Below, piece by piece: positions 52,401 to 64,000 of a stretch of 64,000 nt of DNA (position 1 is the stretch's first letter; every line of letters starts with the position of its first letter). A program made the translations under genes and the position numbers. The notes beneath the pieces are model-generated. The model searched no databases. It was not told where the DNA came from and saw nothing but the letters and a program-made list of their open reading frames with translations. Source of the stretch: Bugula neritina (Eukaryota > Animalia > Bryozoa); assembly GCA_964035545.1 (NCBI GenBank), contig OZ037769.1:7297929-7361928 (forward strand), given 5' to 3'.

Positions 52401-55400
52401 CACAAGAAATCTATAGTCTTCACAGCTTTTAGAATATACGGATCAGCAATATTGTTGCAACTTTATTTTACATATTCAAGTTGGGGCGGGGTCAGAGCCC
52501 CCAGTCTTTAGCTGATTTTTTTTCGAGATCTCACTGATCGACAATTTTTGAATAATCACTCTGAATAAGTGAAAGCAATGTATTAACTCAACAATGTTGA
52601 AATAGGAAGCAAGTGGTAGCTATTCATAACTTTTTGGTCAACATGCCAACAAAAAAGTATAATTTAGTGAAAGTTGGGGGTTTGGGTTGCTTCAAAATCT
52701 ACAAACCTTTGCATTTCCACAGTAGAAGTTTATTTGGGTCAATAAGTTCAGTTGGTGTTAGAAGTGGTTACTATTTCATTGCAACTCTACCCCAAACACA
52801 ATATTATGTTTACAAAATAGCACCTCGAGAGTTATCTTCTCTATCAGAAATGCTCTAATACAACATATACTGTGGTGTATAAAAGCAGTTGAATTTGGAA
52901 AGCAGCTATGGTCTAGGCCCTAGGGCCTAGACTCTAGGCCCTAGGGGTTAGCGCGTTTGCCTAGTAAACACGAAGTCATGGATTTAAACCCCAGTAAAGG
53001 TCATTGGGAACGTTAGGAAGAGCATCCAGTCGTAATGGCTCCTGTGCCCCATCTGAATAAGTCTTTAACCTGCTTTAGCAAAATACCCTTCTATCAGGGG
53101 TTTTCTCACAGGGATGACGACTATAGCTAGAACTAGACATGGTTTGAATGTCATTAGCTGGCTGCGTAATTAGCTGCTGTGCTTTTCTTATGCAGACACA
53201 ATTTAATAAAGATGGTGCTATTGCTGAGTGACAACATAAAGATGGTAATCTGCTCAGCTGAAGAAGTTAGAATGAGGTACTCATTTATGAAGCAAGTTGC
53301 CTTGCTACACACCAAGAACTCCATGCAGGATTCGGCACTCAAGCTAACTCGTAAGATAGAGAATCTTAACGCCAAGGTTGAGGAGGTGAGTCTGCTCACA
53401 GAAACGTGGTATACAGTGCTCCTATGGTGCATGTTATATCATTGGTAGTATGTGTTATCTGTGTTATGCTGCATATGGAATATGTTACATACTTCAAGTG
53501 GTGGTGTTTTAGTAGGTTATTGCCAAATGAATTACAGCTATTTGATGATTGTACAATTTATTTTGTTTTCATCATAATTTTAGTATTTCTGGTTGTAATT
53601 ATTTATTTTTCTCCATTTCTTGTGTACCACATTTTATTATTTATCACTTTTATGGAGTTGTCAGCCCACATCTGCCTTGATGTCTTCTTCAATCTTATGA
53701 TGTGGTATTGTGGTTATTGATTAGACTTACAATTCAGTTAACAGTTTAAATAAAAATTATGCAATAATAAAAGAAAAAGGAGCATTTGATCAGAATGTAT
53801 CATTGAGTTTACCATCTGGGCAGATGGCGCAGTTCATTGGAGATCTCAAGAGGTATGGGGAGGACTACAAGGAGAAGTTGGCTCTGAGGAGAGAACTTTC
53901 ACACAAATGGAGACCTTCTAGTGGGTGTGACCCTGAGAAGGACATGTGGTGAGTAGATATGTGGAAGTAATGTGCGTTGTTAGATATATAATATATTGTG
54001 GTTTATTCTCAGTTGAAACCCAACTGACCCAGTGCTAATCTATTCAACTGCAACTTAAAAACATATTTCTCTGCTTAGAATTTTGTTAATTTGATAGTTT
54101 TAGTTGCAAACTTACCTATAATTTACTGCTGGCCTATATTTCACTGCTGTCCTATATTTTACCGGTGACCTATATTTTAGTGTTGACCTATATTTTCGTG
54201 TTGGCCTATATTTTAGTGTTGACCTAAATTTTAGTGCTGACCGAGTCGGTTCGCTGACAGAGAACGTTGAGAGCTGTATGATGGAGTTCAAACGTGACAA
54301 GGGCATGAAACCCTTACCCTACAATGAAGAGCAGATTCACAAATTTGAAAAGTAAGTTCACTCGCATTTGTACTGTGACTATGTACTGTAACTCTGTACT
54401 GTGACTATGTACTGTGACTATGTACTGTTACTCTTTACTGTGACTATGTACTGTGACTATGTACTGTTACTCTTTACTGTGACTATGTACTGTGACTATG
54501 TACTGTTACTCTTTACTGTGGCTATGTACTGTGACTATGTACTGTGACTTTGTACTGTGACTTTGTACTGTAACTCTTTACTGTGACTATGTACTGTGAC
54601 TATGTACTGTTACTCTTTACTGTGGCTATGTACTGTGACTATGTACTGTTACTCTTTACTGTGGCTATGTACTGTGACTATGTACTGTTACTCTTTACTG
54701 TGGCTATGTACTGTGACTATGTACTGTTACTCTTTACTGTGACTATGTACTGTGACTATGCGCTGTAGCTCTGTACTTTGACTATAACCTGTAAACTACA
54801 GCCTTTTTCTAGCACGTTGGAAAAGTTTGTGAGGAAAGTTTTTATAAATTTATTAATTCATTGTCAATGGAATATAATTACAAGCCGTTATCTTGTACAG
54901 TCTATTTACTATTCAACAGATCAGTAGATATTGATGACAGTTTCCTCTCAACTATTTCTTGTAGAAACAAAATGAGTGAAAGCTGCACGTCTGCTTTGTC
55001 ACTCCTGGATGACCACTGCTGGGACAGAACTAAAAGGATGTATAAACTCTATATTCAGTGGTTTCAGTACGTTAGCCTGTATATTATACTATACACACCC
55101 CAGTACCTGTATATTATACTATACATACCTCAGTACCTGTATATTATACTATACACACCTCAGTACCTGTATATTATACTATACACACCCCAGTACCTGT
55201 ATATTATACTATACATACCTCAGTACCTGTATATTATACTATACACACCCCAGTACCTGTATATTATACTATACATACCTCAGTACCTGTATATTATACT
55301 ACACACACCTCAGTACCTGTATATTATACTACATATACCTCAGTACCTGTATATTATACTATACATACCTCAGTACCTGTATATTATACTACACACACCT

Positions 55401-58145
55401 CAGTACCTGTATATTATACTATACATACCTTAGTACCTGTATATTATACTATACATACCTCAGTACCTGTATATTATACTATACACACCTCAGTACCTGT
55501 ATATTATACTATACCTACCTCAGTACCTGTATATTATATTATACATACCTCAGTACCTGTATATTATACTATACATACCTCAGTACCTGTATATTATACT
55601 ACATATACCTCAGTACCTGTATATTATACTATACATACCTCAGTACCTGTATATTATACTACACACACCTCAGTACCTGTATATTATACTATACATACCT
55701 TAGTACCTGTATATTATACTATACATACCTCAGTACCTGTATATTATACTATACACACCTTAGTACCTGTATATTATACTATACACACCTCAGTACCTGT
55801 ATATTATACTATACATACCTCAGTACCTGTATATTATACTACACACACCCCAGTACCTGTATATTATACTACATATACCTCAGTACCTGTATATTATACT
55901 ACATATACCCTAGTAGAGACACTGGGTATGTAATATAACTGAATATTTCCTATGCTACACCAACACGTATTTGCACATTTACTTTGTATTCATGTATACT
56001 ATGATTGTGGGACCTTTTTCTTTTTAGAAATGCATATAATATTTAGAAAAATCAACATTATCCATTCTGATCTGACTATGCAACTTGTAACCTCAGACAC
56101 TTCCTTATCTGGTACCTGCAATGGTTAACTCTAGTACTGAAAGTGACATTGCTAATAGTAGCCCAACAATACAATCTAATAGTCACTGACCATTCAGAGA
56201 GAATCGCTACATGTTGCGTTTCTAATAGCATAAGTGTGTAGTCTTGCACCATCTAGACTGCTATTCGACAACAGGTGGTGTGCAGTGTAGGGGGATATAT
56301 AGTGTGTAACTAAGGATATATGGTGTACAGCTAGGGGGAGCCATAATCCCAAAGCTACTGTGTTCCTTTCCTGTCATTTGATAACTTTTGTGTCTTTTTG
56401 ATACTAAGTGCTTTGATATCTTAATAAACTTTGAATTTTGTAGAATGTCATTCCGGATTCAAACTAAGATTTATAAACTGAAAGCAAAGATGGCTAGGTT
56501 GAAGCAGATGCAGGAAGAAGTGTCTGGGGAACTGAATTATGTGAGTTTTGTTGTTGTATGGGTGTGAATAAAGGCTTCATTCTCTAACTTGGATGTAATT
56601 TAATTGGGTAATTTTACTTAATTTGGTACACACTCGGAATTTTCAGTGTTTAGCTATTTTTCACAATTTAGCTGCTAATGTAAATGGGATTTTGCCCAAA
56701 ACTAATAGAATATTAATAAATACTACTAACTAATCAAGATTCTTTTTAATTTTGCTTGATTTCCCATGTTTTTTCCTAATGATTTAGTTAATTTGGATTT
56801 ACAGGCAGTCACGAAAAACCAATTATGTTCTTATTATCAGTAATCTACTAGTTGGACTGCTAGTGATCTACTAGTTGGACTGTTAGTTGGACTGCTAGTG
56901 ATCTACTAGTTGGACTGCTAACTATCCATTAGCTAGTTTCTAGTGATAAATTATCTTCACTTCTCCTTTGTTATTTGTTAGATGGACCAAGAAATAGTGC
57001 GTCTAGTTAGCATAAAGTGCACTGCAACACAGCCCTTAGCTCCCCCTGCCTACACCCAACCAGCTGTGCATACAGCACCAGTAAGGGAAGACGACTATGC
57101 AGAATTCACTTCAGGGATGAGCTCAATCTCTCAGTCACTCAAAGAACTGGACTAGTAAGTTTACATGCTGGGAATAGGCTATCTGTATGCATACTGTAGA
57201 GATGCTTAAATAAGTTAATTGTTAGTGTAATGTAAGTATATTGTATAATGTATATGTTAGTATATTCTATAATGTATATGTAACTATAATATAAGTATAT
57301 TGTGTAATATATATGTTAGTATAATTTATAATGCAAGTATAATGTATATGTAACTATAATGTAAGTATATTGTATAATATATATGTTGTAATAATGTAAG
57401 TAATTTTATAATATAAAATTATTTTATAATGCATATGTGAGTATATTGTAAGTATATTATATTATATCTATGTAAATATAATGTATAATGTGAGTGTATC
57501 GTATAATGTGTATGCACGTATAATGCGTGTTGTTTTGTAGTATGGGGGAGGATTTATCTGCTATTGACTCCGTATACAACAGTATAGATAGTGACCTAGG
57601 TAGAGTGCAGGTGAGAGAGCCTTACAACTCATACTAACTAGTGCAGTTGGTGTTTCCGTAATTTTGCATTTTGTGATTTGTCTCCACTCTCAGTATGTGG
57701 CTGTAATACAAGGTTTTCTTGGTTGTTGAATGATGAGAAATTCTAGATATGTCTTCATTTAACTGTTTTATTAGATATAGTAATAATAATTACTATTTAT
57801 TGATTAATATTGATATACCTCTTTTACACCTTGGCTGACTTGTATTAATTTAACCTTCTAGTCTGCCATTTTTATTAAGCATTACTAAATATCCAATCAT
57901 CCAATCAAAGAGACGATGCTTTAAATTTAGATGTGATGGTAATACATTAAAGATAATTAGAGATAGTATTGCGTTAGTATCTTCTTTTATATGTGTGTTT
58001 CAATGGGTGGGTTCTGCAAATGGCCATGATAGTTATATACATAATTATTGGTAGCAGTTGTATAAACTACGTCATATGCCTGCACCATGTTATGGTTACT
58101 GATAGCTTCTTCTTGTTTTAGATGATGATGCAAACCACATCATAA
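45440..58145 (+). CDS. TBK1: TBK1/IKKepsilon-family Ser/Thr kinase, about 774 aa, 18 coding exons
   Basis: Exons 45440-45553, 45865-46017, 46566-46707, 47243-47333, 47601-47694, 48063-48232, 48526-48636, 49116-49295, 49555-49775, 51072-51222, 53196-53385, 53824-53948, 54235-54351, 54965-55066, 56444-56540, 56982-57154, 57541-57610, 58122-58145 (2325 nt). Motifs [36 protein letters not shown]...[14 protein letters not shown], a ubiquitin-like domain, and the scaffold motif [11 protein letters not shown] typical of TBK1/IKKe. AATAAA at 58581. Confidence 0.93.
47745..47909. mobile_element. MITE copy in TBK1 intron (same family as 13108-13272)
   Basis: Sequence similarity and imperfect TIR AAGTGCAGTAACGGAGAAA / TTTCTCTGCTACTGCTCCT. 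Confidence 0.6.
52897..53126 (+). mobile_element. tRNA-derived SINE copy in TBK1 intron
   Basis: Reverse-complement match to the 19064 and 20441 copies; A box disrupted by a palindromic insertion. Confidence 0.8.
54368..54785. repeat. 12/36-bp minisatellite TGTGACTATGTAC
   Basis: Tandem copies start 16 nt after the TBK1 donor at 54352. Confidence 0.92.
55065..55912. repeat. 30-bp minisatellite CAGTACCTGTATATTATACTATACATACCT
   Basis: About 28 highly homogeneous copies beginning at the TBK1 donor (55067); source of spurious ORFs 54861 and 54976. Confidence 0.95.
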
Positions 58146-59204
58146 TGATCATCTCTCATTACCATGGATGGATTAAAAATGTAACACACATTTGATTTTT
58201 TTTGTCTGTTTAATCAATATTTAGTTCTGTTTTATTTTTTGATAATTTTTTTAACATTTTTCAACAAATTAATGCAAGATTTTAGTTTAAAATCTGTCAA
58301 TGTTCTTTTTTAGCTGAAAATGTATCAGCGTTTGAATTTATTAAACACAATTTTAGTTTAGAAGCAGACTTATATTATTTTCATATTGGTTTTTGTAAAA
58401 CCTCTTTTATCCTGCCAATAGGCAGAGGTAATATTGTTTAATCAAGGTTTTTTCATCTGTAGTTGCAGAAAACTTTTGCCTTCTTGTTTACAGCAAATAT
58501 GTGAAGAGTAAAATAATATGTTATTATTATTCACCATACAAGCATCATGATGTACATATATAGGCCCTTTGTTTATATACAATAAAGCTTCTTATTGAAT
58601 TAGTATTCTTTTAAGACTCACCAACATACTTTATAGAGTTTTAATGTGTCATTTTTCAGCCAATATTTTGTGTCTTTGTCGGTCATGACAATTTTTCTAT
58701 ATTTAAGGCTGGCTTTTTTACTTTCAGAAAAATATCCGTTTTTTAAAAAGTTGATGCTAACAAAGTATAGAAACATGTTTCTATACTTTAAAAGCTATCA
58801 TTATCTTATTGATTTTAAAAGTGCACAAATATATTAATACATTTCCAATATTTTGGATGCTGCGGTTGACTATGATATGCTGATCATATAAATTCACAGT
58901 TACTTCCTTTTGTTATGGTAACGACAAAATAGCGTAGTTTGCTTTTCCTGTAAATGTATCACACACCTTCAACATTGCAAATGAATATAAAAATACTTCA
59001 GTTGTTTACTCTTGAACATTTATTCTAAAAAATATTGACCCAAATTAAGTCTCTTTTAATCCCTCCTTTTATAATGCCATACAATATGTACCAATCAGAT
59101 GTGTGTATCAGATAACACAGCTCGCATAAACATTTCAAACACCAACTTTATCACATTTTATAATATCAAAGAGCATTTTTCAATCAGGTCTCCAAATAAG
59201 TAAC

Positions 59205-61189
59205 ATGTCTGCTGTAGTTCGTCAACTGTTTTTTGTTTTAATAGGTAAGTGTTGTAAGCAAAAGGTATTTAAAAGGCTTAGCACTAAATGTGTGCCCTGT
59301 TGTACATAATCTATTTAATTTTATGACATAATATATTTATCTTCAATTTTCAGTAAGGCTTTCAAATTGAGTATCTCATCAGCCAATTTATAAACCTATA
59401 CTTAGCTGTGGCAATTGAAATTCAACAATTATATGTATGTATAATATTAGCTCATTATTGTTAATTTGTTAATGTTAACAGCTTCTTACGGATGCAATGC
59501 GTACACACAGAGTAACAGATTTGTGACTTTAGAAAGAAGCACGGCTAGCAACAACTCCTACGCTTTTATTGATAGCGGGTACATACCCGCCCTCACTGAA
59601 GTCACAGTGTGTCTCTGGCTAAAGCTATATCCATGGGAGATGCAGGTAAATATAATTCTATAACATTGATTACCTATATGAATATCCACAGCACTATGTC
59701 CGCATTAATTAAGTGGTTGTACAGCCAGCAAAGTGATATACATACCCTTAAACCCTGTGGTTTAGCCAGCAAATTTAGGTATGACTCAATGTAGATAAAA
59801 AAACTTTTTTGCATACATAATGTATTGTTTTTATTATTTTTATGTAATCACTACCTATGTTCTCTTTTAGCTAATTACTTTTTGCCAAGCTAAACATAGA
59901 ATAAATTAAAGTTATTTACTGTAAAGATGACATGAGTTAATAAATTAATACTAATCAAAATAGAGATTTGAATACTTCTGCGGTGTAATTTTTTGACATT
60001 CTAATCATTCATCCTTGCTATAGATCTATGTTTTTATTCCATTGCAAAAAAAATTAGATGGGCTCTTTTTAAATCCAAGCTATTTTTCTTTTTAAATATT
60101 TGTTTTGCAATGATGCATTGTGGTACAGATGATCAAATGGTGGAGCAATATAACAGATGTGAGACAAATGATGTATTAAGCTGTGTTCACACTGAGTAAA
60201 AATATATGTTGAATTTTTCAAAGATGTCTAATAACTTTCTATCACCATCCCTGTGAGAAAACCTCTGATGGAAAGAGTTTTATATCAGATCGGGGTTAAG
60301 GACTTGTTCAGATGGGGCACAAGAGCATTTATGACTGGATGCTCTTCCCAACATCACCAATAGCCTAGAGTCTAGACTAATACTTTTATATATATGTATA
60401 TTTTCAATATTGTAAAATAATTCTAGCATATATTTAATTAAAAATGTCAAATATTTTGCCTCCACCGAGAGTTAAGCCTCAGACCTTCAACTTGCAAGCT
60501 AACGTGCCAACCGTTACATTATGGGGGCTACTAGTAATCTCATCACTTTATGAAACTTTCTATATACGGTATAATACATATAAAACTGGCTTGTGAGTTT
60601 TGAAGCAATCAAACCTGCCATAAAAAACACCTGCAGCAAATTTATGTCTCAATTTTTTAGAAAAATGTTTAAATGTAATAGTTTAGGTAATATATAATTA
60701 TATAGGAATTGTTGACTCCAAAGACTAATGAGCTAGAATTGAATAAAAAATGAATAAAATGTTTCAACTTACTGCAAGACACTTAACATCCATAAACTCT
60801 TGTTGAATAAATACACAATCATTAAATATTTTGTAGAGATCTAATGGAGTGTTGTACCCAGTAATCTACAACTACCACAACTCACAGGGCTATACTGATT
60901 ATGTGAACTTAGACATGACAGTGGAAACTGATTCCTGTGCCATGCACTTTGGTATCTGGGAGGGGTAATGATAAATACAATTACATAAATAAGTAACTAA
61001 ACTGAGTGATAATAGTACAATTTTACTTGTTATACTGTTTTAAATACCTTTGCAGCAAATTGACTTACACTACAATAACACAAGAGGATTATGGGATTGA
61101 GTTCTTTGACTCAAAGTGGAAACATGTATGTGGTCAGTGGAAAGCAGACGGTGGCATTATAGGAAATTTAATTATGGATAGTGCAAAAG
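59205..61189 (+). CDS. Pentraxin/LamG-like domain protein with signal peptide, 5' part only (continues downstream)
   Basis: Exons 59205-59244, 59482-59645, 60837-60964, 61056-61189 join in phase. Signal peptide MSAVVRQLFFVLIASYGCNA; pentraxin-like motifs IPALTEVTVCLWLK and DSKWKHVCGQW. No stop codon reached; the 3' exons were not identified. Confidence 0.8.
60238..60365 (-). mobile_element. Partial SINE copy (further fragments at about 11020-11160 and 18155-18270)
   Basis: CCCTGTGAGAAACC...GGATGCTCTTCCCAACATCACCAA matches the SINE body. Confidence 0.7.
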
Positions 61190-61198
61190 GTTTGCAAC

Positions 61199-61241
<43 letters not shown>

Positions 61242-61244
<3 letters not shown>

Positions 61245-63003
61245 TGCTGTGAAAAAGTTTAAGGACGCTTCACTGTTTTCCATAATAGCAATGTTCCAAG
61301 GTAATTTAAAGACATAACAAAAGCATAACCATAGGCATGATGCCTATTAAAATAATCCTTAAGATCTCCTTATCTCATTTATATAAATTATTAATGTCTC
61401 TTTTTACTTCCTTCCAAAATTTGGATGAAACAATGAGATACTATGCATATATGGAAATTATTCGATGTTCTCCCAATTTGTGTGTGCTGTAGAATGTAGA
61501 AATGTAGAAAATGTAGAAAAATATTATATGTGATTTGTTAAACACCTCAAAAAAGCATTACAACACGCTGTGCTTTAAATTTTAGTATCAATTTTTGCTG
61601 GCCTGCCTTTATCCTCAATCACAAGTCGGCAGCTACGCGGCATCGACTCTTACAGCTTCTCCAACTCCTTTTTAGTCACGACATAATGTCATGCATGCAT
61701 TACGAGCTCTATGGGTGTCACATTAGTTGTTGGCTTCTGTGAAGAGACTATTTTAGCCATTTTTAACCATAAATTTCTTATTGGGTTCAAGTCCCGGCTT
61801 TGTGCTGGCCAGTTAAGCGTTTAGACCCTCTGCTTTTTCATCTACTTTTTAACAGTTTTTGCCCAATGGCATGGTGCATTGTCATCTTCAAATATGTTCA
61901 TTTCATTTAAAAAGAAGTTTTTTATGATTGGAAGATGTTTAGCATTAAGATTCTCCATATATTTTTGAGCATTAACATCATTCCCGAGCAGTTACTGAGT
62001 CGACCTACACTTTTTCATGTTATACAACCCCAGAACATAACACCGATAGGGTGCTTAATTGTTCGAAAAATACATTAGGGGTTATATTTCTCATACTGGT
62101 ATCTTTTAACACAACAGTTTCCAGCATGATTGTTCACATTAAATATGGATTAATCTGAAAAAACTACTTTTTTTCTAATTATTCACTGTCTAATTACCAG
62201 GCTCCCTGGCCCACCGTAACCGGCTTTTTTGCTGCTTCTCGGTTATTTGAGGCTTCTTCTTGCTTTGCAGCCATGTAAACCATGGCTCAGCAATCTTGTC
62301 TTATCAGAGATGTCGAAGCTGGTGTTCCTGTTGATTCTGATTATTCCTTGCCTACTCAAGACTTGTTTTATGGCAATCTTTCTTGCTGATCCCAATGAGA
62401 ACCTTGTCATCTCTAGGTGTGCTTTTTTTGGTCGGCCATTTTCAGGTCCATCTGCTACACTACCAGTGTCCATAAACTTCTTGATAATTTGATGTACACT
62501 TGTCTTTACTTTGCCAACCTTTTCAGATATTTTCCTAATTGAATAACCTTCTTTGTGCAAGAAAATTATTACAAACTCTGCCTCTGAAGGAAGATTTACA
62601 GCTCTCATTTAGTCTATGCGCAGCGCCCAAGTGGACAGCATGTAAAAGCTCACAACTAAATGACAGATTTCAAATTATGGAAGAAAGTCATACTTTATGT
62701 TATCATGATGCCATGCACAAAATCTAATTTCACTATTTAGCCTTTTGTGGTTATAAAAGTCGATAAACTTTGGTTACATAAAAATACAGGAGTTGCGCTT
62801 CCCTAGCTGCTTGTGCAGTTGGCCCAAAAATGGGTACAAAACATCACAACAGCAAGAATTCAGAAGATGGAAATTGTAGAGCACATTCTAAGGGTCATTT
62901 TGATATATAAAACTTGCAGGAAGATATTAAGAACTTACAAGAAATGCCTATTAAACAAGATACATAGAAATTTCTGCAAGCGTCCTTAAACTTTTTCACA
63001 TCA

Positions 63004-63006
<3 letters not shown>
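61242..63006 (-). mobile_element. Tc1-family (DD34E) DNA transposon, full length (1765 bp), inactive
   Basis: 29-bp TIRs CAGTGCTGTGAAAAAGTTTAAGGACGCTT (one mismatch), flanked by TA. The minus strand carries an HTH N-terminus (ORF 62243-62608) and decayed catalytic motifs. Confidence 0.93.
61620..62608 (-). pseudogene. Degenerate Tc1 transposase
   Basis: Motifs VVFSD*S, MFWGC, IFEDDNAPCH and NWPAQSRDLNPIRNLW, with 34 residues between the second D and the E position. Contains in-frame stops, frameshifts and a catalytic E replaced by R. The 3' end is approximate. Confidence 0.85.
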
Positions 63007-63034
<28 letters not shown>

Positions 63035-63039
<5 letters not shown>

Positions 63040-63347
63040 CAATCTGTGGACAGCGGCTGTTTCGGGGTTTGTCCCCTCATCAGCACAGAACAGAGTACCA
63101 TGGCCCACACCTTCGCAATAGTAGAAACTTATGTTTCTACTAAAGCATATTTAAAAGGTGTGTAAACTCAAGCCAGAGAGCTCAAGTGACTCTAGGGGTC
63201 ACCTAGGAGTCACGAGCTTTGCAAAATGCTAGCAGCTTGAGTTTGAGACCATGGTGAGAGAGCTCAATCACTGAATGTCATTGCTGAGCATTAAGTGAGA
63301 GCATAATACCTCAATCTGTGGACAGCGGCTGTTTCGGGGTTTGTCCC
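63035..63347 (-). mobile_element. Retrozyme/Penelope pLTR-like element: 272-bp unit bounded by hammerhead-containing direct repeats
   Basis: 41-bp direct repeat TACCTCAATCTGTGGACAGCGGCTGTTTCGGGGTTTGTCCC at 63035-63075 and 63307-63347 (offset 272), flanked by TA runs. Confidence 0.7.
63043..63089 (-). ncRNA. Minimal type I hammerhead ribozyme (HHR-1)
   Basis: The minus strand reads UCUGUG-CUGAUGA-GGGG-ACAAA-CCCC-GAAA-CAGCCGCUG-UC^CACAGA: intact core, 6-bp stem I, 4-bp stem II, short near-palindromic stem III and a GUC cleavage triplet. Confidence 0.85.
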
Positions 63348-63354
63348 GAATATA

Positions 63355-63554
63355 TATATTTGGTACTAATACAATTTTGGATATAAAAATAAATTTAGAT
63401 CTTCATTTATTGACTACAATATTGTTTCACGTAGTGCGAGCGTACACACAACGACCTGATGATCGTAGCTCGCACTACGTGAAACAATATTGTAGTCAAT
63501 AAATGAAGATCTAAATTTATTTTTATATCCAAAATTGTATTAGTACCAAATATA
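63355..63554. repeat. Perfect 87-bp inverted repeat with 26-nt spacer (inverted partial pLTR-like)
   Basis: 63355-63441 is the exact reverse complement of 63468-63554, checked base by base. Confidence 0.95.
63453..63497 (+). ncRNA. Minimal hammerhead ribozyme (HHR-2), Penelope-type
   Basis: GAC-CUGAUGA-U-CGUAG-CUCGCA-CUACG-U-GAAA-CAAUAUUG-UA^GUC, followed immediately by AATAAA (63498-63503). Stem III is palindromic (ACAATATTGT). Stem I is only 3 bp and there is a U-U mismatch at the base of stem II. Confidence 0.65.
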
Positions 63555-63607
63555 AATACTCTATTTTTCGAAATATTGAGTTCTTTTGATTCATTTTTAA
63601 TTATAGA

Positions 63608-63664
<57 letters not shown>

Positions 63665-64000
63665 AATAATATGTACCGGAGATATGTGGTACATACAACG
63701 TCTACATGTTACACCTGAGTAAGATGTTTGTAGGTGTTACAAAGTGTTATATTAATAGAGTTTGTGGTCGTCATTTACAACAATTAGTTATATGTCACAT
63801 CTAAAACTTGGACCACAGCTATAACTAAAATAAGTAAAAAGCAAGTTTGAGTTTCTTTGCAATAGTGTAAAAATTGAAAACTTATGAGAAACAAACAAAT
63901 AATAAATAAACTTATTTCCAAAGTCGACAAAAAAGTTTTATACACTTTGCATAAAGTAGAACTCTATTAATGTTAGGTGAAATTCTTATGAGAAATTGTA

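Noticed and set aside
54861-55938. Long ORFs (190 and 320 aa) and a CRISPR-like regular 30-bp array
   Set aside because: Pure tandem minisatellite with no unique spacers, inside a eukaryotic intron. Only 54965-55066 is a real exon.
63734-63804. Possible next pentraxin exon after TTGTAG
   Set aside because: Hits TAA after about 23 codons and shows no pentraxin motif.

Overview
AT-rich, intron-rich invertebrate animal nuclear DNA; not prokaryotic, and the taxon cannot be fixed from sequence alone. Hand-spliced models with consistent intron phases give six genes: (1) a 926-aa ADAM metalloprotease (- strand, 10 coding exons, 4128-14605); (2) a 102-aa two-exon orphan gene (+, 20012-21022); (3) NUDT6 (-, 7 exons, 21845-25568, one GC-AG intron); (4) a p75NTR/TNFRSF16-like death-domain receptor (-, 6 exons, 30464-40352); (5) a divergently oriented TBK1/IKKepsilon kinase (+, 18 exons, 45440-58145); (6) the 5' part of a signal-peptide-bearing pentraxin-domain gene (+, from 59205). 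Repeats include a decayed Tc1 (DD34E) element, hAT, Tigger-like, Mutator-like and PIF-like MITEs, a tRNA-derived SINE family and many mini- and microsatellites. Most ORF-track entries are repeat artefacts. Highlights: two different minimal hammerhead ribozymes in Penelope/retrozyme-like elements stacked with the Tc1 in a (TA)n island (63035-63610); a cluster of NF-kB consensus sites around the divergent TNFR/TBK1 pair; and minisatellites that repeatedly duplicate splice junctions.
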